This document shows, in pieces, positions 10,329 through 20,091 of a DNA stretch of 64,000 bases. Within the stretch, counting starts at the first letter, position 1; each line of letters begins with the position of its first letter. This stretch comes from an uncultured Parvibaculaceae bacterium. Its GTDB lineage: Bacteria > Pseudomonadota > Alphaproteobacteria > Parvibaculales > Parvibaculaceae. The DNA is taken from the NCBI GenBank assembly GCA_965283695.1, contig CBDIPP010000015.1, forward strand, positions 155-64,154. The letters are read 5' to 3'. The position numbers and the translations under genes were made by a program. The notes beneath the pieces are model-generated. The model did not search any database, was not told the origin of the DNA, and worked only from the letters and a program-made list of their open reading frames with translations.

Positions 10329-11603
10329 TCAGGCGCTTGTCTCTACGTCACCCGAACGTTCTGAATAGATATAGAGCGGTTGCGCATCGCCTTCGACGAC
10401 CTCAGCGGAAATCACCACCTCCTCAACCCCTTCAAGAGCCGGAAGCTCAAACATGGTGTCGAGCAAAATGCCTTCCATAATGGAGCGCAAGCCACGAGCA
10501 CCAGTTCTACGTTCAATCGCTTTATTGGCAATCGCTATTTCTGCATCTTCTGAGAAGGTGAGCTTTACATCTTCCATATCGAAGAGACGCTCATACTGTT
10601 TCACGAGTGCATTTTTTGGCTGTGTCAGAATTTTGACCAGCGCATCGGTATCCAGATCGCCAAGCGTCGCAATCACCGGCATACGACCCACAAATTCTGG
10701 GATCAGGCCGAACTTCAAGAGATCTTCAGGCTCAAGCGCGGTGAGCACCTCACCGGTTTTACGCTCGTCGGGATCTTCGACCTTGGCGCCAAACCCAATA
10801 CCAGAGCCCTGACCGCGGGAAGAAATAATCTTTTCAAGGCCAGCAAAGGCTCCGCCGCAGATGAACAGGATATTTGTCGTATCGACCTGCAGGAACTCCT
10901 GCTGCGGATGTTTACGTCCACCCTGCGGTGGAACCGACGCAACAGTGCCTTCCATAATCTTCAGCAACGCCTGCTGCACGCCTTCACCTGAAACATCACG
11001 GGTGATGGACGGGTTGTCGGACTTGCGGCTGATTTTATCAACCTCGTCAATGTAGACGATGCCGCGCTGGGCCCGCTCCACATTGTAGTCCGCCGACTGC
11101 AGCAGCTTGAGAATGATGTTTTCGACGTCCTCGCCCACATAGCCAGCTTCGGTGAGGGTTGTGGCGTCAGCCATTGTGAACGGCACATCAATGATGCGCG
11201 CCAGCGTTTGGGCGAGCAGCGTCTTCCCGCACCCCGTAGGGCCGATCAGCATGATGTTGGATTTCGCCAGCTCTACGTCATTGTTCTTGGCAGCGTGGCT
11301 GAGACGTTTGTAGTGGTTGTGAACGGCAACGGAGAGAACCCGCTTGGCGGCAGCCTGACCAATTACGTAGTCATCAAGCACTTCCATAATTTCTTGGGGT
11401 GTAGGAACACCGTCACGAGATTTCACGAGTGAGGTTTTGTTCTCCTCACGGATAATGTCCATGCACAGTTCAACGCATTCATCACAAATGAACACAGTCG
11501 GTCCGGCAATCAACTTGCGGACTTCATGCTGGCTCTTACCGCAGAAGGAACAGTAAAGCGTATTCTTGGAGTCACCGCTTCCGCCGCCGCTTACCTTGCT
11601 CAT
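10329..11603 (-). CDS. clpX: ATP-dependent Clp protease ATP-binding subunit ClpX
   Basis: Zinc-ribbon [11 protein letters not shown]...CDEC and Walker [12 protein letters not shown] 11603 is preceded by GGAGAG. Confidence 0.97.
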   Translation of the reverse strand: MSKVSGGGSGDSKNTLYCSFCGKSQHEVRKLIAGPTVFICDECVELCMDIIREENKTSLVKSRDGVPTPQEIMEVLDDYVIGQAAAKRVLSVAVHNHYKRLSHAAKNNDVELAKSNIMLIGPTGCGKTLLAQTLARIIDVPFTMADATTLTEAGYVGEDVENIILKLLQSADYNVERAQRGIVYIDEVDKISRKSDNPSITRDVSGEGVQQALLKIMEGTVASVPPQGGRKHPQQEFLQVDTTNILFICGGAFAGLEKIISSRGQGSGIGFGAKVEDPDERKTGEVLTALEPEDLLKFGLIPEFVGRMPVIATLGDLDTDALVKILTQPKNALVKQYERLFDMEDVKLTFSEDAEIAIANKAIERRTGARGLRSIMEGILLDTMFELPALEGVEEVVISAEVVEGDAQPLYIYSERSGDVETSA

Positions 11604-11897
11604 ATACTCTCCTTGTGGCCCAACCATGCGGACCGTCTTTCAGTTGGTAAACGTCACGACACGATTACCCAGTTTTCGTTCCAACAGCCTACACGCTCAA
11701 AATGGACATATTGTGGCTCGGTTTAATCTCGGACCGATGTCCAGATGCTCCGCGATTCACGCCCGTTGAAACTGTCTTATCATACGAGCATGTTAGCGGC
11801 GGAGGCATCAAGATTTCATTAATACGTTCATTTTCAATGGGTTAGGCCCTAGATAACTTTGTTTTGACCAGATGAGATCCGATCAGAATCGACCAAA

Positions 11898-12527
11898 TCA
11901 GTCCTCAGCCTTGCCGAAATCCTCGCGTGTGGCGCCGACTTTGTCGATAAGACCGAAATCCATTGCCTGCTCCGGTGACATGAAATTGTCCCGTTCCAGC
12001 GCGTCACGGACGGTTTCAATGTCCTGCCCTGTATGTTCCACGTAGATCTGGTTTAAGCGCTCCCGGAGCGCCAGCGTTTCGCGGGCGTGAATTTCAATAT
12101 CAGTCGCCTGCCCCTGGAACCCGCCTGAAGGTTGGTGAACCATGATCCTGGCGTTTGGCAGAGCAAAACGTTGCCCCTTTTCACCTGCAGCAAGAAGCAA
12201 TGACCCCATAGATGCAGCCTGCCCCACGCAAACGGTCGTGATTGCTGGCTGGATGTATTTCATCGTGTCGTAAATCGCGAGACCAGATGTCACGACCCCG
12301 CCTGGGGAGTTGATGTACATCGAGATTTCTTTGCTCGGATTATCCGCCTCAAGAAACAGCAGCTGCGCTGTAATCAGCGTCGCCATGCCATCTTCAACCG
12401 GTCCGGTCACGAAAATGATCCGCTCCTTCAAAAGGCGGGAGAAAATATCGTAGGCGCGCTCCCCACGGTTGGTCTGTTCAACCACCATTGGCACCAGGTT
12501 CATCGTGAGCTCAAGAGGATCTTTCAT
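11898..12527 (-). CDS. clpP: ATP-dependent Clp protease proteolytic subunit ClpP
   Basis: [28 protein letters not shown], active-site Ser context GQAASMGS, and HQP. Start 12527 chosen; 12551 or 12503 are also possible. Confidence 0.95.
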   Translation of the reverse strand: MKDPLELTMNLVPMVVEQTNRGERAYDIFSRLLKERIIFVTGPVEDGMATLITAQLLFLEADNPSKEISMYINSPGGVVTSGLAIYDTMKYIQPAITTVCVGQAASMGSLLLAAGEKGQRFALPNARIMVHQPSGGFQGQATDIEIHARETLALRERLNQIYVEHTGQDIETVRDALERDNFMSPEQAMDFGLIDKVGATREDFGKAED

Positions 12528-12790
12528 GGTTCGCTTTCCAAGGGTTTGCACGCGTCACTTCACTGGCACACTGTTTTGGGAACAGCATCGCTGCCAGCCG
12601 GGTCGTCCCACAACTAGGCATAGGATGATTCGGTAAATGGACCGTGGAGAACTATAGCGCAAGCACAAGATTCTTCACCGTCTTGCCCATAATATGGGGA
12701 TGAAATGCAAAAAAGCCATTCGAACACCCGAATTCTCAAAAAGCCGCGTATAATCCCCGGAAGTGTTCCAATTTGCGGTCGGGAGGCCCC

Positions 12791-13297
12791 ATGCGTTTCG
12801 TGTCATCTGTTTTTGCCCAATCCGGCCGGATTATTGGGCTCGCCCTGCTCCTGCCAATCCTCGCAGCCTGTAGCTCTGAAAGAGCCGGGGACGTCACCAT
12901 CATTAAGCACCCCGCTTACGATTGGGATCTCAATGACAATGGCGCGGTGACGAAGGAAGAATACAAAGCCTATCGGGAGAGCATTTTCGCCAGCGCCGAC
13001 GCGGACCGCAACGGGGTCGTTGATGAGGATGAGTGGGACGACATCCGTGATGATAATGAAACTGGCATCAGACGGGCCGCTTTCATCGCTCTCGATTTCG
13101 ACGGGAATGGCGTTTTGACCTTTGGCGAGATTATGGCGCTGCCGGAATCGGACTTCTTTGCCTTGGACACAAATGGCGACACGGTCATCAGCTCCGCAGA
13201 ACTGAATGATGCCTCTAAGCGGCGGACACGCGGCGGCTTGAGGCGTCGGGAGGCTGATGACGGCTTCAGGCGCGATCCTGATGCGGGGACTTACTAA
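12791..13297 (+). CDS. EF-hand calcium-binding lipoprotein
   Basis: Signal peptide with lipobox LAAC. Four canonical 12-residue EF loops (DLNDNGAVTKEE, DADRNGVVDEDE, DFDGNGVLTFGE, DTNGDTVISSAE). GGGAGG SD before ATG 12791. Confidence 0.75.
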   Translation: MRFVSSVFAQSGRIIGLALLLPILAACSSERAGDVTIIKHPAYDWDLNDNGAVTKEEYKAYRESIFASADADRNGVVDEDEWDDIRDDNETGIRRAAFIALDFDGNGVLTFGEIMALPESDFFALDTNGDTVISSAELNDASKRRTRGGLRRREADDGFRRDPDAGTY

Positions 13298-13325
13298 CGG
13301 GTCCTAGACTCACGGCATCAGACAC

Positions 13326-13361
13326 AAAAAAAGCCGGAGATCACTCTCCGGCTTTTTCTTT
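13326..13361. terminator. bidirectional rho-independent terminator (EF-hand gene / tig)
   Basis: A7 - GCCGGAGA-TCAC-TCTCCGGC - T5. The 8-bp stem is perfect. Confidence 0.75.
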
Positions 13362-13378
13362 TGGGTCTTCTTGAAAGA

Positions 13379-14884
13379 CTAGTCGTCTTTCTTCGCAGCT
13401 TTCTTTGGCGCTGCCTTCTTTTTCGCAGCAGGCTTTTTCTTAGCTGCCGTCTTCTTTTCAGCAGCAGGCTTCTTGGCCGCAGCTTTCTTTTTGGCAGCTG
13501 GTTTTTTCTTCGCAGCAGCTTTTTTCTTCGCTGCAGGCTTCTCGTCCGCTTCCTCAGCGTCCGGGTCTGCCGTCAGCTCTTCTTTCGTCACTACCTTGTC
13601 GGTGACTTTGGCGAGCTCCGCAATGAAAGCAACAACCTTGTCTTCAAATAGTGGGGCGCGGATCTCGGCAATCGCCTGCGGATTCTTGGAATAGAATTCA
13701 TAGACCTGCTGCTCCTGACCCGGGAACTGCTGAGCACGCTGTGCCACGGCCCGGTTCACTTCAGCATCTTCGATTTTTACATCGTTCTTGGAACCTATCT
13801 CAGCAATAACAAGTCCAAGGCGCACACGACGTTCTGCAATTGTCTGATACTCAGCGCGAAGCTCTTCTTCAGGCTGGTCAGCGTCCTCGATCTTCTTGCC
13901 TTCATTTTCAAGCTCATGCTCGAACTGATGCCAGATCTGATCGAACTCTTGAGTCACTAGCGTCGGCGGCAGCTCGAAATCATGCAGTTCGTCGAGCTTG
14001 TCGAGCATGTCCCGCTTCAGCTTGGCCAAGGAGACATTGTCATAGTCTGCCTTGATCTGGCCTGCCATTGCCTCGCGCAGCTTTTCAAGGTTTTCCATGC
14101 CGAACTTCTCGGCAAAAGCGTCATCGATGGTGACCTTAGCAGGACCTTCAACTGCTTTGATGGTGGTTTCAAAGACTGCTTCTTTGCCCGCAAGATCGGC
14201 CGAGCCATAATCGTCAGGGAATGAAACTTTTACGTCCAGTTTCTGGTCTGCCTTCGTGCCGACGAGCTGTTCTTCAAAGCCTGGGATAAACTGGCCAGAA
14301 CCCAATTCCAGGCGTGCATCGTCTGCTGTACCGCCGTCAAAGGCTTCGCCATCAATACGACCAATAAAGTCGATGACAACGAGATCGCCATCTTCTGCTT
14401 TACCGTCTTTCGGCTCAAAATTCTTTTGCGCTTCGGCAAGACGCTCGACGGCTTCGTCAATCTCTGCGTCATCAACTTCAGCAACAGGTTTTTCCAACTC
14501 GATCTTGGAAAGGTCTGCAATTTCGATGTCAGGAACGATCTCGAACGCCACTTTGAAGACGAGATCAGCTTTTCCGTCGATCACTTCTTCAACTTCGCCT
14601 TCCAGATTGATTTCTGGCTGCATAGCGGGCTTCATTTCGCGCTCTTGAAGCACATCACCGCTCGACTGGCTGACTGTCTCCTGAATCACTTCTGTCATGA
14701 CCTGGCGACCAAACGTCCGACGAAGATGGCTCACAGGCACTTTCCCAGGGCGGAAGCCCTTCAGGCGGACCTGGTTTTTCATTTCGTCGAGCTTGCCGGA
14801 GAGTTTTTCTTCAAGTGCGGCTGCTTCGATCGTGATGGTGAGCTCGCGCTTGAGACCCTCAGAAACCGTCTCGTTGACCTGCAT
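13379..14884 (-). CDS. tig: trigger factor with a C-terminal Lys/Ala-rich extension
   Basis: MQV.ETV.EGLKRE..I.I, ribosome-binding motif GFRPGKVP, and an FKBP-like middle domain. About 62 extra C-terminal residues of (P)AAKKK repeats. Confidence 0.95.
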   Translation of the reverse strand: MQVNETVSEGLKRELTITIEAAALEEKLSGKLDEMKNQVRLKGFRPGKVPVSHLRRTFGRQVMTEVIQETVSQSSGDVLQEREMKPAMQPEINLEGEVEEVIDGKADLVFKVAFEIVPDIEIADLSKIELEKPVAEVDDAEIDEAVERLAEAQKNFEPKDGKAEDGDLVVIDFIGRIDGEAFDGGTADDARLELGSGQFIPGFEEQLVGTKADQKLDVKVSFPDDYGSADLAGKEAVFETTIKAVEGPAKVTIDDAFAEKFGMENLEKLREAMAGQIKADYDNVSLAKLKRDMLDKLDELHDFELPPTLVTQEFDQIWHQFEHELENEGKKIEDADQPEEELRAEYQTIAERRVRLGLVIAEIGSKNDVKIEDAEVNRAVAQRAQQFPGQEQQVYEFYSKNPQAIAEIRAPLFEDKVVAFIAELAKVTDKVVTKEELTADPDAEEADEKPAAKKKAAAKKKPAAKKKAAAKKPAAEKKTAAKKKPAAKKKAAPKKAAKKDD

Positions 14885-14973
14885 GACTTTTATCGCTTCC
14901 GTTCGCTTTAAGCCGAAATCGGCTCGATTATTCCCGCTATTCCCTTAGAATCAGGCCGTCACGAACCCCGGCG

Positions 14974-15058
14974 TGGTGCGGGCGAAGGGACTTGAACCCC
15001 CACGCCTTGCGGCACTAGAACCTAAATCTAGCGTGTCTACCAATTCCACCACGCCCGC
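14974..15058 (-). tRNA. tRNA-Leu (anticodon TAG)
   Basis: The reverse complement reads GCGGGCGTGGTGGAATTGGTAGACACGCTAGATTTAGGTTCTAGTGCCGCAAGGCGTGGGGGTTCAAGTCCCTTCGCCCGCACCA. It has a long variable arm and anticodon stem CTAGA/TCTAG with loop TTTAGGT. Confidence 0.9.
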
Positions 15059-15359
15059 ACGGATTACCTGCCATAAGGGCAAAAGCGAGCCGCAGCATTC
15101 GGGCCCTGGAAGGCTGAACGCGGCTCGTTTGAATTTGGCGCCCTCTATAGCAAGGGTCTTGCGGCTTGGAAAGCCCAATAAATGCGGGTATTTGCTGGGT
15201 TGGCTCAGCTTTTGGCAGGCTTCGCACCCCTTACCTACTCTGGGCGGCTCGCGGCGGCTCAATTTTGCACCGGACTGTTACCGAATATCGGCCTTTCTGA
15301 GCTCGAAACAGGGCTGCATAGTCCGGCAGCACCGCGCTTTCTGACCCCCCGAGTATCCC

Positions 15360-15962
15360 TTGGCAACGATCCTTCTAAACCCTCAACTGCCCAGCCCACG
15401 CGTCTTTAGCGACAGGCTCAACACAATCCTGACGATCAGCGCGGCTCATATCACCTATGGCTGGATCGAATGCGGTCAGACGTCCTTCGCAGCGGTTGGA
15501 TTGGTCTGCACCACGCTTCTCATTCTTTGTCAGTGGCATTTTGGCGAGACCAAACCATGGTTGTCGCTCTGGCTTGCTATCTGGTTCACTGCCCACCTAG
15601 TTGGAATGCGATACGGGCTTTACGCCCAGTCCTCGCTATTTGACAAGGCGATGCACGGCGTCATCACCGCTGGCTTTGTTGTGATGTGGATTTCATGGAT
15701 GCGGCCTGCCCTTGCTGGCTCACAGCTTGATCCTGGCACCGCCACCTGGGGACTACTCCTCCTTACGCTACTCTTCACGCTCGCCAGCGCCGCTTTGTGG
15801 GAGATATTTGAGTTTGGCATCGATCAGACCGGCATGTTCCGTGCCCAAAGGGGTCTGGATGACACCATGTACGATATGATCGCCGCCCTGATGGGCGGGT
15901 GCCTCGCCTGGCTATGGGAAGGGCTCAGCGACCGCCGCCGCAATCAGCCGAGGATGCCTTGA
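15360..15962 (+). CDS. hypothetical integral membrane protein (possibly DUF2238/YjdF-like)
   Basis: 200 aa with 5-6 hydrophobic segments and the motif GLDDTMYDMIAALMGG. TTG start; the start is uncertain. Confidence 0.5.
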   Translation: MATILLNPQLPSPRVFSDRLNTILTISAAHITYGWIECGQTSFAAVGLVCTTLLILCQWHFGETKPWLSLWLAIWFTAHLVGMRYGLYAQSSLFDKAMHGVITAGFVVMWISWMRPALAGSQLDPGTATWGLLLLTLLFTLASAALWEIFEFGIDQTGMFRAQRGLDDTMYDMIAALMGGCLAWLWEGLSDRRRNQPRMP

Positions 15963-15963
15963 C

Positions 15964-17979
15964 CTAATTGCCCACCTGAAATGACGCAGACGTGCCTTCA
16001 AAGCGCTTCTGATCTCCCGATTGCACAGTGGCCAGCCCGAAATGTCTGATCCGATAGATTCCAGGCAGCTGATCCTTAGGTGTTTCCCAGGTTACCTGAG
16101 CGATAAGTTCGCCTTCTTCCTCACCTTCCCGCCACCGTATTTTCGTTTCCCAGTCACCATCTGTCGCAACCTTCTGCCAGCCGCCCTCTTCCTGTCGTTC
16201 AATCTCGACAAATGTTGAGAGCGCATCATGGTCCGCGGTGGGATTTCCTGATAGGAAATCCACAAGCACGACTTCACCAGGCGTAAAGGATGCACGAGCA
16301 AGCGGGAGGGCATCACCGAACTCTGCACCTTCCTGTACGCGATCTTCGCTGCCATCATGAAGAGCTGTCTCAGGCGCCTTGCCACGCCAATCGTCATAAA
16401 TCACAGTGTTTTCGATCGCCTCGCCAGCTTCCATAGCCCGCGCAAGTGTAGCCGCTGTCTGGCGGTACGCCGCTAGCGTCCATTGCCCATGAAGAGTGTG
16501 TCCGCCTTCATATTGCTGAACCAGATATTCTTCGGGTGTCGTCACATAGCCCGCGTACCCATTCACATAACCAGCGATTACAACATGGGAAACCCAATCG
16601 CCCAATTCTACACGAACAGTTTCTTTGAGGCGTCGTGCTGCCATGGTGGTGACTTCGGCGGGAACGGTCAGAATGACCAACTGCCCAATTCGCGCCAGGC
16701 CGATGGAGCGTATCTGTGATTGAAGCGGTGGCGTGCCTGTTCCAGTTTCAAAAAGGATCGGCTTTGGGCCCTGACAGTCGATGACGTCGGCGGTTGGCGC
16801 CGGAGCCCCAGTCAAGAAGCCGATCAGGAAATCGAGATAGAAGCGCGACTCAGTCATGCCCTCCCTAAACAGGAAATGGCCGCCGCCGTCCTCCGTCGAC
16901 CCGCCGGCGAATGAATAACCATAGGCGGATGGACAAGTAGTCTGGACACCTTCGCCTGTAAACTCTTCAGCCACGTCCAGACCTGAAAGATCCACATAGA
17001 GTTGCCGATAGTCTATCAGACCCAACAATGGCTCTTTAGCCGTCTCAAACAAATTCTGTGCGGCAGCCAGTTGCCGAGCCCCGATGATGGCTGTGCTTTC
17101 AAAATCATCTTTCCCCGGTCCCGTATTGTTAAGATTGAGATTGGGTGTAATGTCTCCAGGCGTTGACTGCGCAAAGGCGGCGACAAAATCATCTGCAGAG
17201 GCATAGTCCGCGCCCATCGCTTTTTCGAAGGCCAGTGAGGCATACCCTTTGTGGTCTCCTGAAATAAGTTTGTTGTCGTAGGTCATGGACGTTGGGTGCA
17301 CAGCGAACCAATTCACCATGCCGACCGGCCCATCAGCTCCGACAAATCTCAGGAGCGTCATCTCTTTGTCCATAGGCGCGACATATCGTGCGCGTTCTTC
17401 GGCTGGGTTTTGCTCGTAGGCTGCCATCGAGCGATTGGCGCCCGCACCCTCGACTTCTCCTTTGTTGATGAGAATATCGCCAGGCTGAAGGTCGCTGTGG
17501 GCTGCAACAATCGCGCCGACGATGCCTTCAACGATCCGTTCAAAACGCTCTGGGTAGAAGGCCCCGGCGAGACCGAGCTCAACTCTTGTATGCCAATGCC
17601 CGCCGACACCAGCATGGGTGTGGGTGGCACTCAAGATCACATTGTCGAGAGTGTAGAGGCCCTGATAGCGCGCCTTAAGGCGATCGAGCACCTCAAGTGT
17701 AATGTTGTGCTCAATGCTGCCAATATCAGCGCTCACAAAGACAAGGCGTTTGCCATCGTCAGGTTCTGCGATGATGAATGCTCGAGCGCGCTGACGAATA
17801 TGAAGACCTTCGGTTAGCTGATCCTCGCGACCAAAGCCCCACATCTGAATACCAAAGGCTGGACCGGTAATGTCGGTCATTCCGCGACCGATGAGATATT
17901 CAGCCGCCTCTGCCCTGACGCCCGAGGTTCCAACGGTCACCACCAGCGTCAATAAACATTTGATTATCAGATGGTTCAT
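15964..17979 (-). CDS. neutral/alkaline non-lysosomal ceramidase, secreted
   Basis: 671 aa with a signal peptide. Family hallmarks: GRGMTDITGP, MWGFG, FVSADIG, SATHTHAG, GDHKGYAS. Confidence 0.88.
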   Translation of the reverse strand: MNHLIIKCLLTLVVTVGTSGVRAEAAEYLIGRGMTDITGPAFGIQMWGFGREDQLTEGLHIRQRARAFIIAEPDDGKRLVFVSADIGSIEHNITLEVLDRLKARYQGLYTLDNVILSATHTHAGVGGHWHTRVELGLAGAFYPERFERIVEGIVGAIVAAHSDLQPGDILINKGEVEGAGANRSMAAYEQNPAEERARYVAPMDKEMTLLRFVGADGPVGMVNWFAVHPTSMTYDNKLISGDHKGYASLAFEKAMGADYASADDFVAAFAQSTPGDITPNLNLNNTGPGKDDFESTAIIGARQLAAAQNLFETAKEPLLGLIDYRQLYVDLSGLDVAEEFTGEGVQTTCPSAYGYSFAGGSTEDGGGHFLFREGMTESRFYLDFLIGFLTGAPAPTADVIDCQGPKPILFETGTGTPPLQSQIRSIGLARIGQLVILTVPAEVTTMAARRLKETVRVELGDWVSHVVIAGYVNGYAGYVTTPEEYLVQQYEGGHTLHGQWTLAAYRQTAATLARAMEAGEAIENTVIYDDWRGKAPETALHDGSEDRVQEGAEFGDALPLARASFTPGEVVLVDFLSGNPTADHDALSTFVEIERQEEGGWQKVATDGDWETKIRWREGEEEGELIAQVTWETPKDQLPGIYRIRHFGLATVQSGDQKRFEGTSASFQVGN

Positions 17980-18075
17980 CTTGCTGCGTGCCCCTCAAAT
18001 GCCAATCACAATTGGCAGCATCTTTAAACATGGGCACACAAAAAGCTAGTTTTGACTATCTACCGTTGATTGTCG

Positions 18076-18576
18076 TTACAGCAGCTTCTCAAGCCACATC
18101 ACATCCCAATAGAGGTCAAACTTTCGGCCGACTTCAGAATAGGTTCCCACTTGCTCAAAGCCGAAACGCTTGTGCAGCGCGAGCGATGCGTCGTTTGGCA
18201 GAGTGACCCCTGCAAGCGCCCGGTGCACATCTTCTCTTTTGAGGGCGGCGAAGAGCCGGGCATAGAGCGCAGACCCGAGGCCCTGACCACCGGCTTGAGG
18301 ATCAAGGTAGACACTCACCTCAACCGACGTTCCATACGCCGCTTTTGGGCGATAGGCGCCGGAGCAGGCCCAGCCCAGAACAGCTTCGTCCCTTGCTGCA
18401 ACAAAACACTGATGACGACCACTTGTGCCTAACTTCTGCAGCCAATAAGTGCTGTCTTCATCCGTCTTTTCTTCGATGTCGAAGGTGATGGGGGTCTCGC
18501 GAATGTAGTGATTATAGATGTTGTTAATCTGGGGAATGTCGGCGTCCACTCCCCAGCGGATGATGACGTCGCTCAT
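18076..18576 (-). CDS. GNAT N-acetyltransferase, phosphinothricin/methionine-sulfoximine acetyltransferase-like
   Basis: 166 aa: IYNHYIRETPITFD and acetyl-CoA motif QGLGSALY. ATGA overlap with the upstream nnr stop. Confidence 0.85.
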   Translation of the reverse strand: MSDVIIRWGVDADIPQINNIYNHYIRETPITFDIEEKTDEDSTYWLQKLGTSGRHQCFVAARDEAVLGWACSGAYRPKAAYGTSVEVSVYLDPQAGGQGLGSALYARLFAALKREDVHRALAGVTLPNDASLALHKRFGFEQVGTYSEVGRKFDLYWDVMWLEKLL

Positions 18577-20042
18577 GCAGATAACTCCTGCAACAAGGTC
18601 GGCAATTGTTCCGGCAAGTCTTCCGCGATCAAGCCCCGTCCCACTCTACGGCCAGCTTCTCCGTGCAGCCAAACGGCTGCAGCCGCAGCTGAGAACGCAG
18701 GCATTCCCTGCGCGAGCAGGCCAGTTATCATGCCCGCCAACACATCACCTGAACCTGCAGTGCCGAGTTCAGGTCCACCGTTCGAATTGATCACAACTCT
18801 GCAGTCTGGCGATGCGATAACTGTATCAGGACCCTTTAGTACGATTACCGCGTGGGCTATCTTTGCTGCGGCGGATGCCCTTTCGAGCTTCGAACCGTCC
18901 AGATCAGGAAAAAGCCGTTTGAACTCGCCTTCATGGGGTGTGAGCACAACCGGTCCGGCAAAATAGTTTTCTATCGCGACAAATAGGTCGCGCGGGATTG
19001 CTTCAAAGGACGTCAATGCATCTGCATCAAGTACCGTCGCCGCGCCTGACGTCAGTGCCGCTTGAACATTTTCGCGCGTCTCAGCCCCCACGCCATTTCC
19101 AGGACCAATCAGGATGGCGTTCTTGCGCTTGTCATCCAGCAGGGCGGTGAGTCCCTCTGCGCCCTCGAATCTCTGCAACATGATTGCGGTCAGGTGCATC
19201 GCATTTACTTGAAGTGCGCTTGGCGGCGAGGCAACAGTGACAAGCCCTGCCCCAATTCGCAGAGCGGCCCTTGCGCCAAGACGCGCCGCGCCCGTTGCAC
19301 TGGCACCGCCAGAGACGGAGACAGCGTGGCCTCTTGAATATTTATGGCCACCTTCATCAAGGTCAGGAAATTCGGCCTGCCAAACAGAGGGATCGTTTTC
19401 CATCAACGTGACGTCGACTTCTCCGAGAGCGCCCGCTTCAATGCCGATATCTGCGACAATTATCTCACCACAATGGTTGCGACCGGGCAGCAGAAGATGT
19501 GCTGGCTTTTTTCTGAAGAACGTCACAGTCAAAGCCGCACGAAAGGCAGCGCCTCGTACGCACCCGGTATCGCCATCGATACCGCTGGGAACATCGACAG
19601 ACATGACTGGCGTGCCTCGCGCCGTCGCAGCGTCCACGAGGGCTTTTGGTGTTCCTTCCAAATCTTTTGAAAGACCGGCACCAAACAAGGCGTCGACGAT
19701 CAGTTCGGCATTGTCGATCGCATCGGGCGTGAGGGTATAAACGGGCCCGTTCCACCTATGTGCAACATGTTCCGCATCTCCTTTGAGCGCCTCTCGCTCT
19801 CCCATCAGAAAAATGGAAACGCCCCATCCCGCCTGCCGGAGCAGACGCGCGATAACAAACCCATCGCCCCCGTTGTTGCCAGGGCCACAGAGAACGGCGA
19901 CCTGGCAGCGGTCAAACCGTTCCTTGATGGCGTCCGAGCAGGCTTTGCCTGCCGCTTCCATCAGGGTAATTCCACTCGTGCCGCGGGCAATGGCCCATCG
20001 GTCGGCGGTGTACATTTGATCAACAGTCAATATCTCACTCAT
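18573..20042 (-). CDS. nnr: bifunctional NAD(P)H-hydrate repair enzyme Nnr (epimerase/dehydratase)
   Basis: YjeF_N motif CGPGNNGGDGFV plus a C-terminal carbohydrate-kinase-like domain (GSGDVLAGMI). ATG 20042 chosen (MSEILTVDQMY...). Confidence 0.9.
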   Translation of the reverse strand: MSEILTVDQMYTADRWAIARGTSGITLMEAAGKACSDAIKERFDRCQVAVLCGPGNNGGDGFVIARLLRQAGWGVSIFLMGEREALKGDAEHVAHRWNGPVYTLTPDAIDNAELIVDALFGAGLSKDLEGTPKALVDAATARGTPVMSVDVPSGIDGDTGCVRGAAFRAALTVTFFRKKPAHLLLPGRNHCGEIIVADIGIEAGALGEVDVTLMENDPSVWQAEFPDLDEGGHKYSRGHAVSVSGGASATGAARLGARAALRIGAGLVTVASPPSALQVNAMHLTAIMLQRFEGAEGLTALLDDKRKNAILIGPGNGVGAETRENVQAALTSGAATVLDADALTSFEAIPRDLFVAIENYFAGPVVLTPHEGEFKRLFPDLDGSKLERASAAAKIAHAVIVLKGPDTVIASPDCRVVINSNGGPELGTAGSGDVLAGMITGLLAQGMPAFSAAAAAVWLHGEAGRRVGRGLIAEDLPEQLPTLLQELSA

Positions 20043-20091
20043 GAGGTGAGTATAGGCGTGTTGCGGTGGCGGAAAAAAGGCATCCTTGGTT

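Noticed and set aside
12686-12699. CCCCATAT (minus strand) and the CCCAT-AAT-ATGGG palindrome upstream of clpP as a sigma-32 promoter
   Set aside because: There is no acceptable CTTGAAA-like -35 element at 13-17 nt; the closest (TTCGAA) is 19 nt away.
13382-13570. Short-period repetitive DNA (gcagc/ttttt/ctt units) that could look like a tandem repeat or CRISPR-like array
   Set aside because: It is in frame with tig and encodes the AAKKK tail. It has no unique spacers and no repeat-spacer architecture.
14951-15344. ORFs 14951..15262 (-) and 14973..15344 (+) overlapping tRNA-Leu
   Set aside because: They run through a well-formed tRNA gene and its flanks and show no protein-like features.
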